Shown piece after piece: positions 49,807 through 61,377 of a DNA stretch of 64,000 bases. The notes beneath the pieces were generated by a model. It had not been told where the DNA came from. It searched no databases and saw only the letters and a program-made list of their open reading frames with translations. The DNA lies in the NCBI GenBank assembly GCA_051362555.1, contig CM120642.1, positions 7,440,001 to 7,504,000 on the forward strand, read 5' to 3'. The stretch's first letter is position 1, and each line of letters starts with the position of its first letter. A program made the translations under genes and the position numbers. Source of the stretch: Lingula anatina. Lineage: Eukaryota > Animalia > Brachiopoda.

Positions 49807-52800
49807 CTGAAAAACAGATTAAAATCACTTTCAGCAAACACCATGATGCTTCTTTTACATGGAAATGGAAAATCATGCGCACCTAATACTACTGCCACTT
49901 ACAACCAATCAATTTAACAATGATAGCTTCATGAAACACCACTCGAAAATCACTAAGTCTTCTTGTCAGTGAGATACTTCTGTCTTTAGTTTGAATAACT
50001 AACGTCAGCTTAGTTAAACAGGTCCTACGGTTTTTCTTAATGTTCATATAACATTAACAACATGATCAACACCAATTTATGTGCTGTCTACTGTAAATGT
50101 AAACATGACAAAAATGTAACTCATAGGCCCAAATTCACACAATGAAATAATTAATTGCCAATTTATGAAAAATGAAAAAAAAGGTAGAATATTTAAATAG
50201 ATTAGAATTAGACTGGTTTTCAAAATCAAGCTGCAATTTACAATATATTCATCAGTCTTATTTGAAGAACAATTGGTCAAACAATTGTTAAATGTGTTAA
50301 CTGTATAATTGCACAATGTCATAGTACAATATATGCTAAAAAAAGGAAAAAAAGGCATTCCCTTTTCAAAAATTGTCAGATAAAGCCGAATTTCAAACTT
50401 GATCTGATTTTTAATATTCATCAGTCCTGTTCAAAGACAAGAGGCTAAGGGGTTTCACTTATTGCGTTATCACTGATAAAGTACACTGTGTCTGCACATA
50501 AAAACTGGAATTAACCAATACAGCAAATTAGGCAATACCAACCTTTGTCTCCATGACAACAGCCAAAGAAACGTGCCACTCTTGACTCAAGAAGTTCACC
50601 AGCTTCAACAGATGTTTCAGAGAGCAGTTCACCTTGCAGAAGACAATGTCAAATCTGGATGGCCCATCTGGTCTAAACAAATCCTCAGCACTGGGGATGG
50701 TTGGTTCTGGATAATGGGTATATCCCAAAACTGCGTCCCACACTTCATCTTGCTGGAATGCGGCATTTAATTCATCTGAAAGTTTTTTACTGATAAATTT
50801 ATAGTTCTTCAATTCTTCTGGTGGTTGATATCTATGCTCTCTGAATTCATGTCGACTTGGACTTTGGAACATTTGTGGGTATGACTGACCTTGAAGAGAG
50901 GAATGCCCTTGACCTGGCGGGAAAATTGACCTTTGAACTAGCAAAGGTGACTGACCATGAACTTGAGGAAAATGCCCTTGAACTGGTACCTGAGTATGGA
51001 CTGGGGTTTCAACAGTATATCTCTCATTATAGACTTCCCTCTGTATAGATGTACCTCCTTGGCTTGCTGTTGATGTAGTTTTACAAGCATACTTCACAGG
51101 TGGAATAATCTCGGGGCCACCCTCCTGTGTCACTGTAGCAGTTCTTCGCCTGCCAGAACTACCCCCTCTTGGTGTTGACTCCTTCTTTGTCTTATCTTGT
51201 TTCATAGATACAACTCTCTTCAAACGCCCACTTATTCCAGAGGAGACCCTCTTGCTTTTGTACCTGCTGGTACCAGTTGATGTAGCCTGTCTCTTCTTGC
51301 ATGGGACACAATGTTCTTCTTCTGCATCTTCGGCACTTAAAACTCGTTTTCTTTTAGCATCTTTAACTGTATTTCTGTCCTGTCCTGTTGTCTCGCTAGA
51401 AGAAAACCTTCCTATTTTATGAACAGGATTGGGGTTTGGTTCTTTTCCCCTTCTTTTCAAGGTATTTCCTTCAGACCTTTTTCTACCAGTTTTTATGGGC
51501 TTTTTTGAAGAGTTGGCAGTGGTTTCTGAATTGCTGGACCCGGAGGAGAGTGGCAGGGACTTTTGACTGCTGCAGCAAGCACATTTAGGAGCATTTCCCA
51601 TAATTTGAGAATCCTGGCCAAAGTGCAGCCGTTTAGTTGGTTTAGAAGAGCCTGCTATTTTCTGTAAAAGCAATTTGAAAAAAAATTGGTCAAAAGTACA
51701 CATGAAATGAGGAAAAGAAATATAAATTTACACTAGAACCTCCAGCAAAAATATGCCTGAAAAATATATTTAACTATAACATTTATTTTCTTTAAATTAA
51801 GAACATACACCCTTTAGTTTCTCCCTCCAAAGCAATATTGACTCTAAAACTAGAGACTTAAATCACTTAAACAGTTTACAGATTGTACTGTTGGTTTTTA
51901 TTTCTAAAAATTCTTTAAAAAACAGTTTATTTTATACATTGATTTTATATGATCAGTTTTGTATACAAACCTCCTCCTTTGGTTCTTCAAACCATATGTG
52001 ATAATGTTCCACAGAAAATACACGATTGCAGGCAGAGCATCTTATGCAAGGACACTTCCACATGGAGTCCACCATACTTGGACTTAACTTTGCCCAGTTC
52101 TTACAACCTGGATCATAGATAAGACAACTGGTGCAAAGATTGGGACAATATAATCTGGCCACCTTCTTCAGTTGTTCTTCAATGAATTTCCGTGCTGCAA
52201 CATACAAATCTTTAGAGGAGTGGGGCTTGTTTGAATCCTCCATCTCAAGACGGATGCTGTATGGTCTTTTCCACAAGGTGAGCACAAGCATGGCAGCAGG
52301 ATCCAATTGCAGTCGCACACAGTTGGCATGTAGACAACCATTGTATAGTTCATATCTGTGTAGACAAGCAGCTACTAGCCTATGAAATAGACAGTTTGGG
52401 AAAAATTTCTGTTGGGACTCATAACATAAAGAAGTTTGAAGAACATCCCTATCTTGGCTGCAAATTGGTGTTTCCTCTTGGACCTTCTTGGCTTGACAGG
52501 GGACAAAATACTGGGCAGAACCAGACTTGCTGCACTTGGGATGTTTACTGATAATATCAAACTTCTCCATGACATGCAAAATTGCCATCTTGTTTTCATA
52601 AAGAGCAGGGTCACAACGGACCATGTTTCTCCAAACTGCATTGACCAATTTCTCATCCAAGATGGCTTCTTCATGGAGCTTATCCCAGAATTCATGTGTA
52701 TTGTGAGAGCGATCCTCATACCTAGGTAAAGTTATGATGGAGCGAAAAGCATTCACAAGCCACTGTGGATCTAAAATTACAACGTCCTCAAGTCCTTTTT

Positions 52801-55377
52801 CATCAAAATAGATCACCTCTCCCAAAGCATGAAGAAACACTAGACATGCTTTGACTTCTGTCAGGTCTGTCATGGATATGGGTTCTTTCCCTGCTAACTG
52901 TAAGACATCATCCAGCTTCATAACCTTTTTCTTGCTTTGTTTGCGCAGTTGAGACTCTAATTCTAGCCACTTGCAAGGATGGTCTTCTCCCCAATAAGGC
53001 TGTTCTCTGGCAATGTCCATTATACACTCTTTGAGGGCATTCAGTTCAGGATCATTTTCATCAGTAGCGTTGACCACGAAGTATTTCTTGTTATAAACAT
53101 GATGGTTGTGGCTGTGCTTCCCTTTCAAATGTTGCCGTACATTTTTGCAAAATGTTTCAACCTGGAAATAAGTATAAGATATCAAAATTTAGCTCAAAAT
53201 ATTTTCATAAAAAAGCACACTGCAGTTGGTTCTTCCTGCAGAAAAAAAGAATTGTACAATCAAAACTAATGTTTTACTTGGGTATAAATATGAATATAAA
53301 TAACAATTTGATCATGTCCAGTTTCATATTTGGCAACCCCAGGGTTCTACATAAAACAGAGTACCCACGTCAATGACACAGTGTCCACAAGACAATATTA
53401 CTACCATAGTCTAAGCATTTGTCAACATTTGCAGACAAGTCAATGATTTACTATTTACTTAATTCTGAAGTATGCCTAAGACAGGGAAAAAAAGAAAAGA
53501 AAAAGAAAACACACACACACAAATATAAATACAAGACTAGATAGCACCAAAATGTATACATCTACACACAACAAACTGCATTTATATAAGGTTCTAATAT
53601 GATGAACATTAAAAATTTTCATTATATTTACACCATTACCTCAGCTTCTGTAAGCTCATCTTTATGGGTACCAACAATAATCACAGGTGGACATTCACTT
53701 TCGTCCACAGTTTGACCAGTGGTAAAGCTGTGGACAGAATCCAACCAGTAGTCGCTGTGTTCTGAGGAAGACAGAATTGTCCAGAATTAACAGAACTGGT
53801 ACACAATACAGAAATTATGGAACTTCATATCTGAAGACCTTAAAATAAAAATTCATTAAATTTCAAATCAATTTACGTCATTAATGATTAGGGCCATGAT
53901 TATATGTATGTTATCATGTAAGAAATTTCAAATAAATAACTTTTAATCATATATTTAATTCTTGAATTTAAACACTGACACAAAGGATTTTTCCAACATC
54001 ATAAAAATCCATTAATAGACAAACATCAATCTTTACCCTTTACAGTCTGTGGCACTGTTTTGTCAAGCACTGGTCCCTCAGAGGACTGTTTGTAGGTAGA
54101 TATCACTTCATCAAGTTCATTGCTGGCATCCAATACCATTAAATATATTGCTTTTTGGGACAGGAAAGTTTGGTGAGTAGTGTAATACACATGTTGGCCC
54201 CCAAAGTCCCAAATTGAAAGCTGAACTTTGCACTCATCTCTTTCCACACTACCTTGGCTTGCAAATAATCTCTTTACTGCTTCATGGATCTCCTTAGTAT
54301 CTTCTGAAATGTCAATCTGATCAATGTCAAATTCAAGATCAGATTCAAGACTTGATGCCTGTTTTGACAAATTTTTATCTGGATTTTCACCTGACTCCAT
54401 CTCTGCAGAGTGTGCCATCACACAGGTTTCTGACTCTTGAGGTAGTCTTGAAATATTAGACTCCAATTCAGGTGCCTGGTCATGTAAAATATACTCATCA
54501 CTCAATACAGGAATGTCATCTTTTTCACTGCAAGTATCATCCTGAAGGCCTGTAAACAATTTTAATACACATTACATTCAATTTGGTGAAAATGAAAATA
54601 TCCATTATATATTATAGATTATATAAATTATATAAATTTTTATATATGACTATTATAGATGACTAAAATGAAATGTAATGTCAATTTTTTAAAATATCTG
54701 CTATCCACATTAAATCTTCTACTAGAAGCTAATTCATTACTTGATAATGTATACACTTATTGATGTGTACTGTGAACAATCTTAAAAGCACACCTGTAAA
54801 ATTCCTTTTATAATTTTAAGTCTTTTCACAAAAAAACTTACTTTCTATAATGGCTTCAGCTATAAGTGAATGCTTAAAGTCATCTTCTTCATCTGAAATA
54901 TGTATGTAACATATATAATATAGCTTGTATATGTTTATATTTCATGCACCTATTTTAAGAAATTGCTAATAATTGATACACAATTGTTCACATTCCTACA
55001 ATTGCAGCCCTATTTTTGGTTCGTGTGTGCGTGTGCGTGTGTGTGTGTTACCCTGTGAGTGTGTTTGCTTGGAGAGAGGATAAAATAAAACATGTCACCT
55101 TACATACCATTAGCATCCCAAGACAAACACCTGTTTATGGACACGGTTGATACATTAGGATCAACTTCGACGCCATTGGTTTCACGGTCATTTTTTGGAT
55201 AATAACACTGTTTCAGTAGTGCTTTTCGAAGTCTCGTTTTTCCTGCTCCATAGTGTCCCAGCACCATGAGTCTTATACGACAGACTTTACTTTTACCTTC
55301 CTTCAGAGCTTTGTGATACAACTTAAGGAATTGTGGTCCTAAATTTTGAATTTCAAATGGAACATTTGGACCATTTC
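49471..55377 (-). CDS. Roco-family protein: Roc GTPase-COR-disordered linker-CARD-like domain (7 exons, about 1200 aa, 5' incomplete)
   Basis: Exons 55377-55108, 54892-54842, 54549-54037, 53761-53640, 53161-51971, 51661-50543, 49806-49471; all six introns GT-AG with matching phases (1,1,1,0,0,0) and no internal stop. G1 GHYGAGKT, G2 RETNGVEV, G3 WDFGGQ, G4 THKD; COR FLHALGEVIYF...VILDPQWLV. Confidence 0.9.
50543..51661 (-). CDS. Roco exon: basic S/T-rich disordered region, Q/G/H/P repeats and an unassigned folded-looking segment
   Basis: 373 open codons; ttacag / gttggt; phase 0-0. Confidence 0.85.
51971..53161 (-). CDS. Roco exon: G5, COR-A, COR-B and Cys-rich tail
   Basis: FVVNA, QPYWGEDHPCKWLELE, VILDPQWLVNAFRSII, MEKFDII, YFVPC, LFHRLVAAC; ttccag / gtttgt. 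Confidence 0.93.
53640..53761 (-). CDS. Roco exon: G4 (not in the ORF track)
   Basis: EHSDYWLDSVHSFTTGQTVDESECPPVIIVGTHKDELTEAE; cctcag / gtaatg. Confidence 0.92.
54037..54549 (-). CDS. Roco exon: acidic insert and G3
   Basis: LSIWDFGGQHVYYTTHQTFLSQKAIYLMVLD; tttacag / gtaaag. Confidence 0.92.
54842..54892 (-). CDS. Roco 51-bp exon (not in the ORF track)
   Basis: tttcag | (D)EEDDFKHSLIAEAIIE | gtaagt; phase 1-1. Confidence 0.8.
55108..55377 (-). CDS. Roco exon: Roc P-loop (G1) and G2
   Basis: RIRLMVLGHYGAGKTRLRKALL; acceptor cttacag, donor gtatgt. Confidence 0.9.
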
Positions 55378-55998
55378 CTGTAAGATCAAACACAAATTCC
55401 TGTAAGGTCAAACACAAATTAATTAATTTTAATGCAGCACATATATATGAAAAGAATAATCTTTTAAACATGAAAAATGAAACTTGACAATGGGTATTGA
55501 TCATTATTTTAGCAGAAATCTTTACCTCATGTATTCTATAACTGAAATTTGCATTATGATGAAAACAGAGAATTTGACAGATTTTTTATTCCCTTGAATT
55601 CAAATTATGTTAAGTATTTCAGTATCAATTTGCATTAACTACCCTATGCGCATGTCAAATTTGACTCTTTACCAAAACATGCCTCTTTCTTAACAGAATA
55701 ATTGAGTGCAGCAGCATGTATACTGACAAATTTGTCATCTAGTGCAGATGGTAGCTTTTAATAGTTTTGTGAACACTTTACAAGAAAAAAACTGCATGGC
55801 TTCAAGAAAAAGAATTTAATCTGGCTGCTTTTACATCTAAAGCTGTATTTTAATCATCCTAAAAACCATTCTTGAAAGCTTGAGTAACATAGTTCTCCTT
55901 TCATACTGCTTGCATTGGTAGTGCAGTAAATAGGGTTTTTGTCAGTTTTGATGCAATGTTACATAATGTTTAACAGCATAATCACCACCAGCTTTTAA

Positions 55999-58900
55999 CT
56001 AGAGGATCAGAGAGGCGAAACCGCCTCCGAATATTGTACCACCAGCTGGAGCAAGCGCATTCGTACAGACCCCCACATACACAAAATAAGGAACACAGCC
56101 ACCAGTCTTGTGCTTGACAAGCTGTAAAAATGCAATCAACAAGAATTTTCAAAATATGCAAAAAATATATATATAACTAAAAATGGTACAATCAAAGTTA
56201 AGTTCATCGTAAGGTAGGTCAAAGGTCAATTCCAAGGTCACAGTAAATTGCCAGTATATGACTTCCTATTCAACTTCAATAGTAACTATGGGCCTATCTC
56301 TGCCAGTTTTGGAGATAAAAGGGAAGCAAAATTTGCAAAGTTCAGTTCATGGTGAAAAATAGGTCAAAGGTCAATTTTAAGGTCACATGTAGATTGCCAG
56401 TATATGACTTCCTATTCAAGTTCAATAGAAACTATGGACCTATCTCTGCCAGTTTTGGAGATAAAAGGGAAGCAAAATTTGCAAAGTTCAGTTCATGGTG
56501 AAAAGTAGGTCAAAGGTCAATTTTAAGGTCACATGTAGATTGCCAGTATATGACTTCCTGTTCAAGTTCAATAGAGACTATGGACCTATCTCTGCCAGTT
56601 TTGGACATAAAAGGGAAGCAAAATTTGCAAAGTTCAGTTCATGGTGAAAAGTAGGTCAAAGGTCAATTTTAAGGTCACATGTAGATTGCCAGTATATGAC
56701 TTCCTGTTCAAGTTCAATAGAGACTATGGACCTATCTCTGCCAGTTTTGGACATAAAAGGGAAGCAAAATTTGCAAAGTTCAGTTCATGGTGAAAAATAG
56801 GTCAAAGGTCAATTTTAAGGTCACATTTAGATTGCCAGTATATGACTTCCTATTCAACTTCAATAGTAACTATGGACCTATCTCTGCCAGTTTTGGAGAT
56901 AAAAGGGAAGCAAAATTTGCAAAGTTCAGTTCATGGTGAAAAGTAGGTCAAAGGTCAATTTTAAGGTCACTTTAAGATTGCCAGTATATGACTTCCTATT
57001 CAACTTCAATAGTAACTATGGACCTATCTCTGCCAGTTTTGGAGATATAAGGGACTAAATGGTATAATTTTGGAGTTACCATAATGTGCCATAAATTTCC
57101 TACAGAAAAAATTAATTAAAATAAAGAAAAGGTCATTTTGGTCAAAATTCTTGAAATGGGAGGTGCTCTGAAGTTCCAGATGTTCAAATTTGATGAAATA
57201 ATGTCATTTTTGACCACAAGTTGTCTGCTTTGCCAAGCCTTATGTTTTATTTTTCCAGAGTTCAAAATTTATTATCCATTACCGTACTGCACATTTTGCT
57301 TTCACCACCAATATGTACTTTTTGATACAGCGTAACTTTAGAGATAAAAGGGAAGCAAAATTTGCAAAGTTCAGTTCATGGTGAAAAGTAGGTCAAAGGT
57401 CAATTTTAAGGTCACATGTAGATTGCCAGTATATGACTTCCTGTTCAAGTTCAATAGAGACTATGGACCTATCTCTGCCAGTTTTGGACATAAAAGGGAA
57501 GCAAAATTTGCAAAGTTCAGTTCATGGTGAAAAGTAGGTCAAAGGTCAATTTTAAGGTCACATGTAGATTGCCAGTATATGACTTCTTATTCAAGTTCAA
57601 TAGAAACTATGGACCTATCTCTGCCAGTTTTGGAGATAAAAGGGAAGCAAAATTTGCAAAGTTCAGTTCTAGTGAAAAGTAGGTCAAAGGTCAATTTTAA
57701 GGTCACATGTAGATTGCAAGTATATGACTTCCTATTCAAGTTCAATAGAAACTATGGACCTATCTCTGCCAGTTTTGGAGATAAAAGGGAAGCAAAATTT
57801 GCAAAGTTCAGTTCATGGTGAAAAGTAGGTCAAAGGTCAATTTTAAGGTCACATGTAGATTGCCAGTATATGACTTCCTATTCAAGTTCAATAGAGACTA
57901 TGGACCTATCTCTGCCAGTTTTGGAGATAAAAGGGAAGCAAAATTTGCAAAGTTCAGTTCATGGTGAAAAGTAGGTCAAAGGTCAATTTTAAGGTCACAT
58001 GTAGATTGCCAGTATATGACTTCCTATTCAAGTTCAATAAAAACTATGGACCTATCTCTGCCAGTTTTCGAGATGAAAGGGAAGCAAAATTTGCAAAGTT
58101 CAGTTCATGGTGAAAAGTAGGTCAAAGGTCAATTTTAAGGTCACATGTAGATTGCCAGTATATGACTTCCTATTCAAGTTCAATAGAAACTATGGACCTA
58201 TCTCTGCCAGTTTTGGAGATAAAAGGGAAGCAAAATTTGCAAAGTTCAGTTCATGGTGAAAAGTCGGTCAAAGGTCAATTTTAAGGTCACATGTAGATTG
58301 CCAGTATATGACTTCCTATTCAAGTTCAATAGAGACTATGGACCTATCTCTGCCAGTTTTGGAGATAAAAGGGAAGCAAAATTTGCAAAGTTCAGTTCAT
58401 GGTGAAAAGTAGGTCAAAGGTCAATTTTAAGGTCACAGTAAATTGCCAGTATATGACTTCCTATTCAACTTCAATAAAAACTATGGACCTATCTCTGCCA
58501 GTTTTGGAGATGAAAGGGAAGCAAAATTTGCAAAGTTCAGTTCATGGTGAAAAGTAGGTCAAAGGTCAATTTTAAGGTCACATGTAGATTGCCAGTATAT
58601 GACTTCCTATTCAAGTTCAATAGAAACTATGGACCTATCTCTGCCAGTTTTGGAGATATAAGGGACTAAATGGTATAATTTTGGAGTTACCATAATGTGC
58701 CATAAATTTCCTACAGAAAAAATTAATTAAAATAAAGAAAAGGTCATTTTGGTCAAAATTCTTGAAATGGGAGGTGTTCTGAAGTTCCAGATGTTCAAAT
58801 TTGATGAAATAATGTCATTTTTGACCACAAGTTGTCTGCTTTGCCAAGCCTTATGTTTTATTTTTCCAGAGTTCAAAATTTATTATCCATTACCGTACTG

Positions 58901-60500
58901 CACATTTTGCTTTCACCACCAATATGTACTTTTTGATACAGCGTAACTTTAGAGATAAAAGGGAAGCAAAATTTGCAAAGTTCAGTTCATGGTGAAAAGT
59001 AGGTCAAAGGTCAATTTTAAGGTCACATGTAGATTGCCAGTATATGACTTCCTGTTCAAGTTCAATAGAGACTATGGACCTATCTCTGCCAGTTTTGGAG
59101 ATAAAAGGGAAGCAAAATTTGCAAAGTTCAGTTCATGGTGAAAAGTAGGTCAAAGGTCAATTTTAAGGTCACATGTAGATTGCCAGTATATGACTTCCTA
59201 TTCAAGTTCAATAGAAACTATGGACCTATCTCTGCCAGTTTTGGAGATAAAAGGGAAGCAAAATTTGCAAAGTTCAGTTCATGGTGAAAAGTAGGTCAAA
59301 GGTCAATTTTAAGGTCACATGTAGATTGCCAGTATATGACTTCCTATTCAAGTTCAATAGAAACTATGGACCTATCTCTGCCAGTTTTGGAGATAAAAGG
59401 GAAGCAAAATTTGCAAAGTTCAGTTCATGGTGAAAAGTAGGTCAAAGGTCAATTTTAAGGTCACATGTAGATTGCCAGTATATGACTTCCTATTCAAGTT
59501 CAATAGAGACTATGGACCTATCTCTGCCAGTTTTGGAGATAAAAGGGAAGCAAAATTTGCAAAGTTCAGTTCATGGTGAAAAGTAGGTCAAAGGTCAATT
59601 TTAAGGTCACATGTAGATTGCCAGTATATGACTTCCTATTCAAGTTCAATAGAAACTATGGACCTATCTCTGCCAGTTTTGGAGATGAAAGGGAAGCAAA
59701 ATTTGCAAAGTTCAGTTCATGGTGAAAAGTAGGTCAAAGGTCAATTTTAAGGTCACATGTAGATTGCCAGTATATGACTTCCTATTCAAGTTCAATAGAA
59801 ACTATGGACCTATCTCTGCCAGTTTTGGAGATAAAAGGGAAGCAAAATTTGCAAAGTTCAGTTCATGGTGAAAAGTAGGTCAAAGGTCAATTTTAAGGTC
59901 ACATTTAGATTGCCAGTATATGACTTCCTATTCAACTTCAATAGTAACTATGGACCTATCTCTGCCAGTTTTGGAGATATAAGGGACTAAATGGTATAAT
60001 TTTGGAGTTACCATTATGTGCCATAAATTTCCTACAGAAAAAATTAATTAAAATAAAGAAAAGGTCATTTTGGTCAAAATTCTTGAAATGGGAGGTGCTC
60101 TGAAGTTCCAGATGTTCAAATTTGATGAAATAATGTCATTTTTGACCACAAGTTTTCTGCTTTGCCAAGCCTTATGTTTTATTTTTCCGGGGTTCAAAAT
60201 TTATTATCCATTACCGTACTGCACATTTTGCTTTCACCACCAATATGTACTTTTTGATACAGCGTTACTCGAAAACCGTATGGAATACAAAAAAACGGAG
60301 ACCACACCCAGTGTTGGGCTTTACATGCTCTACAAAATGCAAAAAAGAATGAGTGTCTAGCATTAACGGTTCCCGAATTAGAGACAGTTTTCAGTTTCGA
60401 TATCTTATGGCCGCTACTCCCGTGAAAATGCACCGATTGACCCCAAATTCACGGAGATGAAAGATGACCCGAAATGTAACACTTTCCATTAATATTGTTA
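55999..60500 (-). mobile_element. Helitron/Helentron-like non-autonomous element with a central satellite (far boundary approximate)
   Basis: Minus strand: hairpin GAGGCG-GTTT-CGCCTC (56012-56027), 9 nt, then CTAG followed by T; the same end occurs at about 29585-29650. Confidence 0.65.
56210..60265. repeat. 146-bp satellite, 22 units in blocks of 6, 9 and 7, each followed by the same about 295-bp spacer
   Basis: AGGTCAAAGGTCA at 56361, 56507, 56653 and onward; spacer ORF copies at 57138, 58749, 60070 (periods 1611 and 1321 bp). Confidence 0.95.
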
Positions 60501-61203
60501 GTTAAAGGGACAAAAAATAGGATTTAAAACGCCTTTTTAGTGCATGGATTGCTTCTTTTTTAACTTATCTGAGAACAATTGCTATGGGTAAAGCATAAAA
60601 TGGCAGGTAAATGGCCTTAATCAATATCGAAAAAAAGAATCATATTCACCGTCCACTTTCGAACCCCGGGCGTCAGCCATCTTGACACAGTTTGAAATAA
60701 CGCGGCTTCTCGACTCAGATACGAGATGTAAACAATGTAGACAGCATGTCGTTTCGAAGGTGAGCGTGGACGTGAAGGAGAAGAGGAATTGCTCACCGAA
60801 TCTTTGCAGGTAAGCGAGTTATATTTACCAAAAGTACTTTTAAATGGGAAGATGGCAGTGGAAATCAAAATATCTGGCAGAGGAAGTTAAAAAGCGTAGA
60901 TAACTGTTAATAATTAACGTTTCCTCGGGTCAGCCAAATCACTAGCACTGGGTACGTACTACTAGACTAGTAGTTATATTATGAAGCGAGATAGTGCACT
61001 TTACCCCTGAGGTGTATAGGTCTGTAAAGCAGGAGGAATACCCTTTTCTGCTCAATGTGGTCATCTACCAGTACTTACAGACTAACCTCACACCATATTC
61101 TCGCAGGGGAATCCCATGAGATATACGATGTGACTCGAGTACTAGTGGGGTTAGAGGGTGTTCGTTGTACATCACGTAACTACGTTAACTTATTTGTAAA
61201 TTT

Positions 61204-61377
61204 GGGGGCGTCTCGATAGTCCGAAGGTTCATTGGTCCGAAGGTTCATTGGTCCGAAAAGGGGTAACATTTTCATCGATCTTTTAATCAAGGGTTCATTG
61301 GTCCGAAGGTTCTATAGTGAACATTCGGACCAATGAACCTTCGGACTATTGAACCTTCGGACTATCGCTACGGCCCC
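61204..61377. mobile_element. 174-bp MITE with 17-bp subterminal repeats and 8-bp TSD (MULE-like)
   Basis: GGGGGCGTCTCGATAGTCCGAAGG / CCTTCGGACTATCGCTACGGCCCC; TSD GTAAATTT (61196-61203, 61378-61385). Confidence 0.85.

Noticed and set aside
50077-50421. 114-aa minus-strand ORF between Roco exons
   Set aside because: AT-rich intronic composition, no motif; the flanking exons already join in phase.
50860-51640. RHIM motif in the Roco linker
   Set aside because: SQIMG and VQG/LQG do not match the (I/V)Q(I/V/L/C)G core.
49471-55377. Naming the gene LRRK2, DAPK1 or MFHAS1
   Set aside because: No kinase or LRR exons visible and the C-terminus is CARD-like; orthology cannot be supported.
57138-60360. 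Three near-identical 65-96 aa ORFs suggesting a tandem gene family
   Set aside because: They are the satellite spacer copies, start at TTG and show no protein motif.
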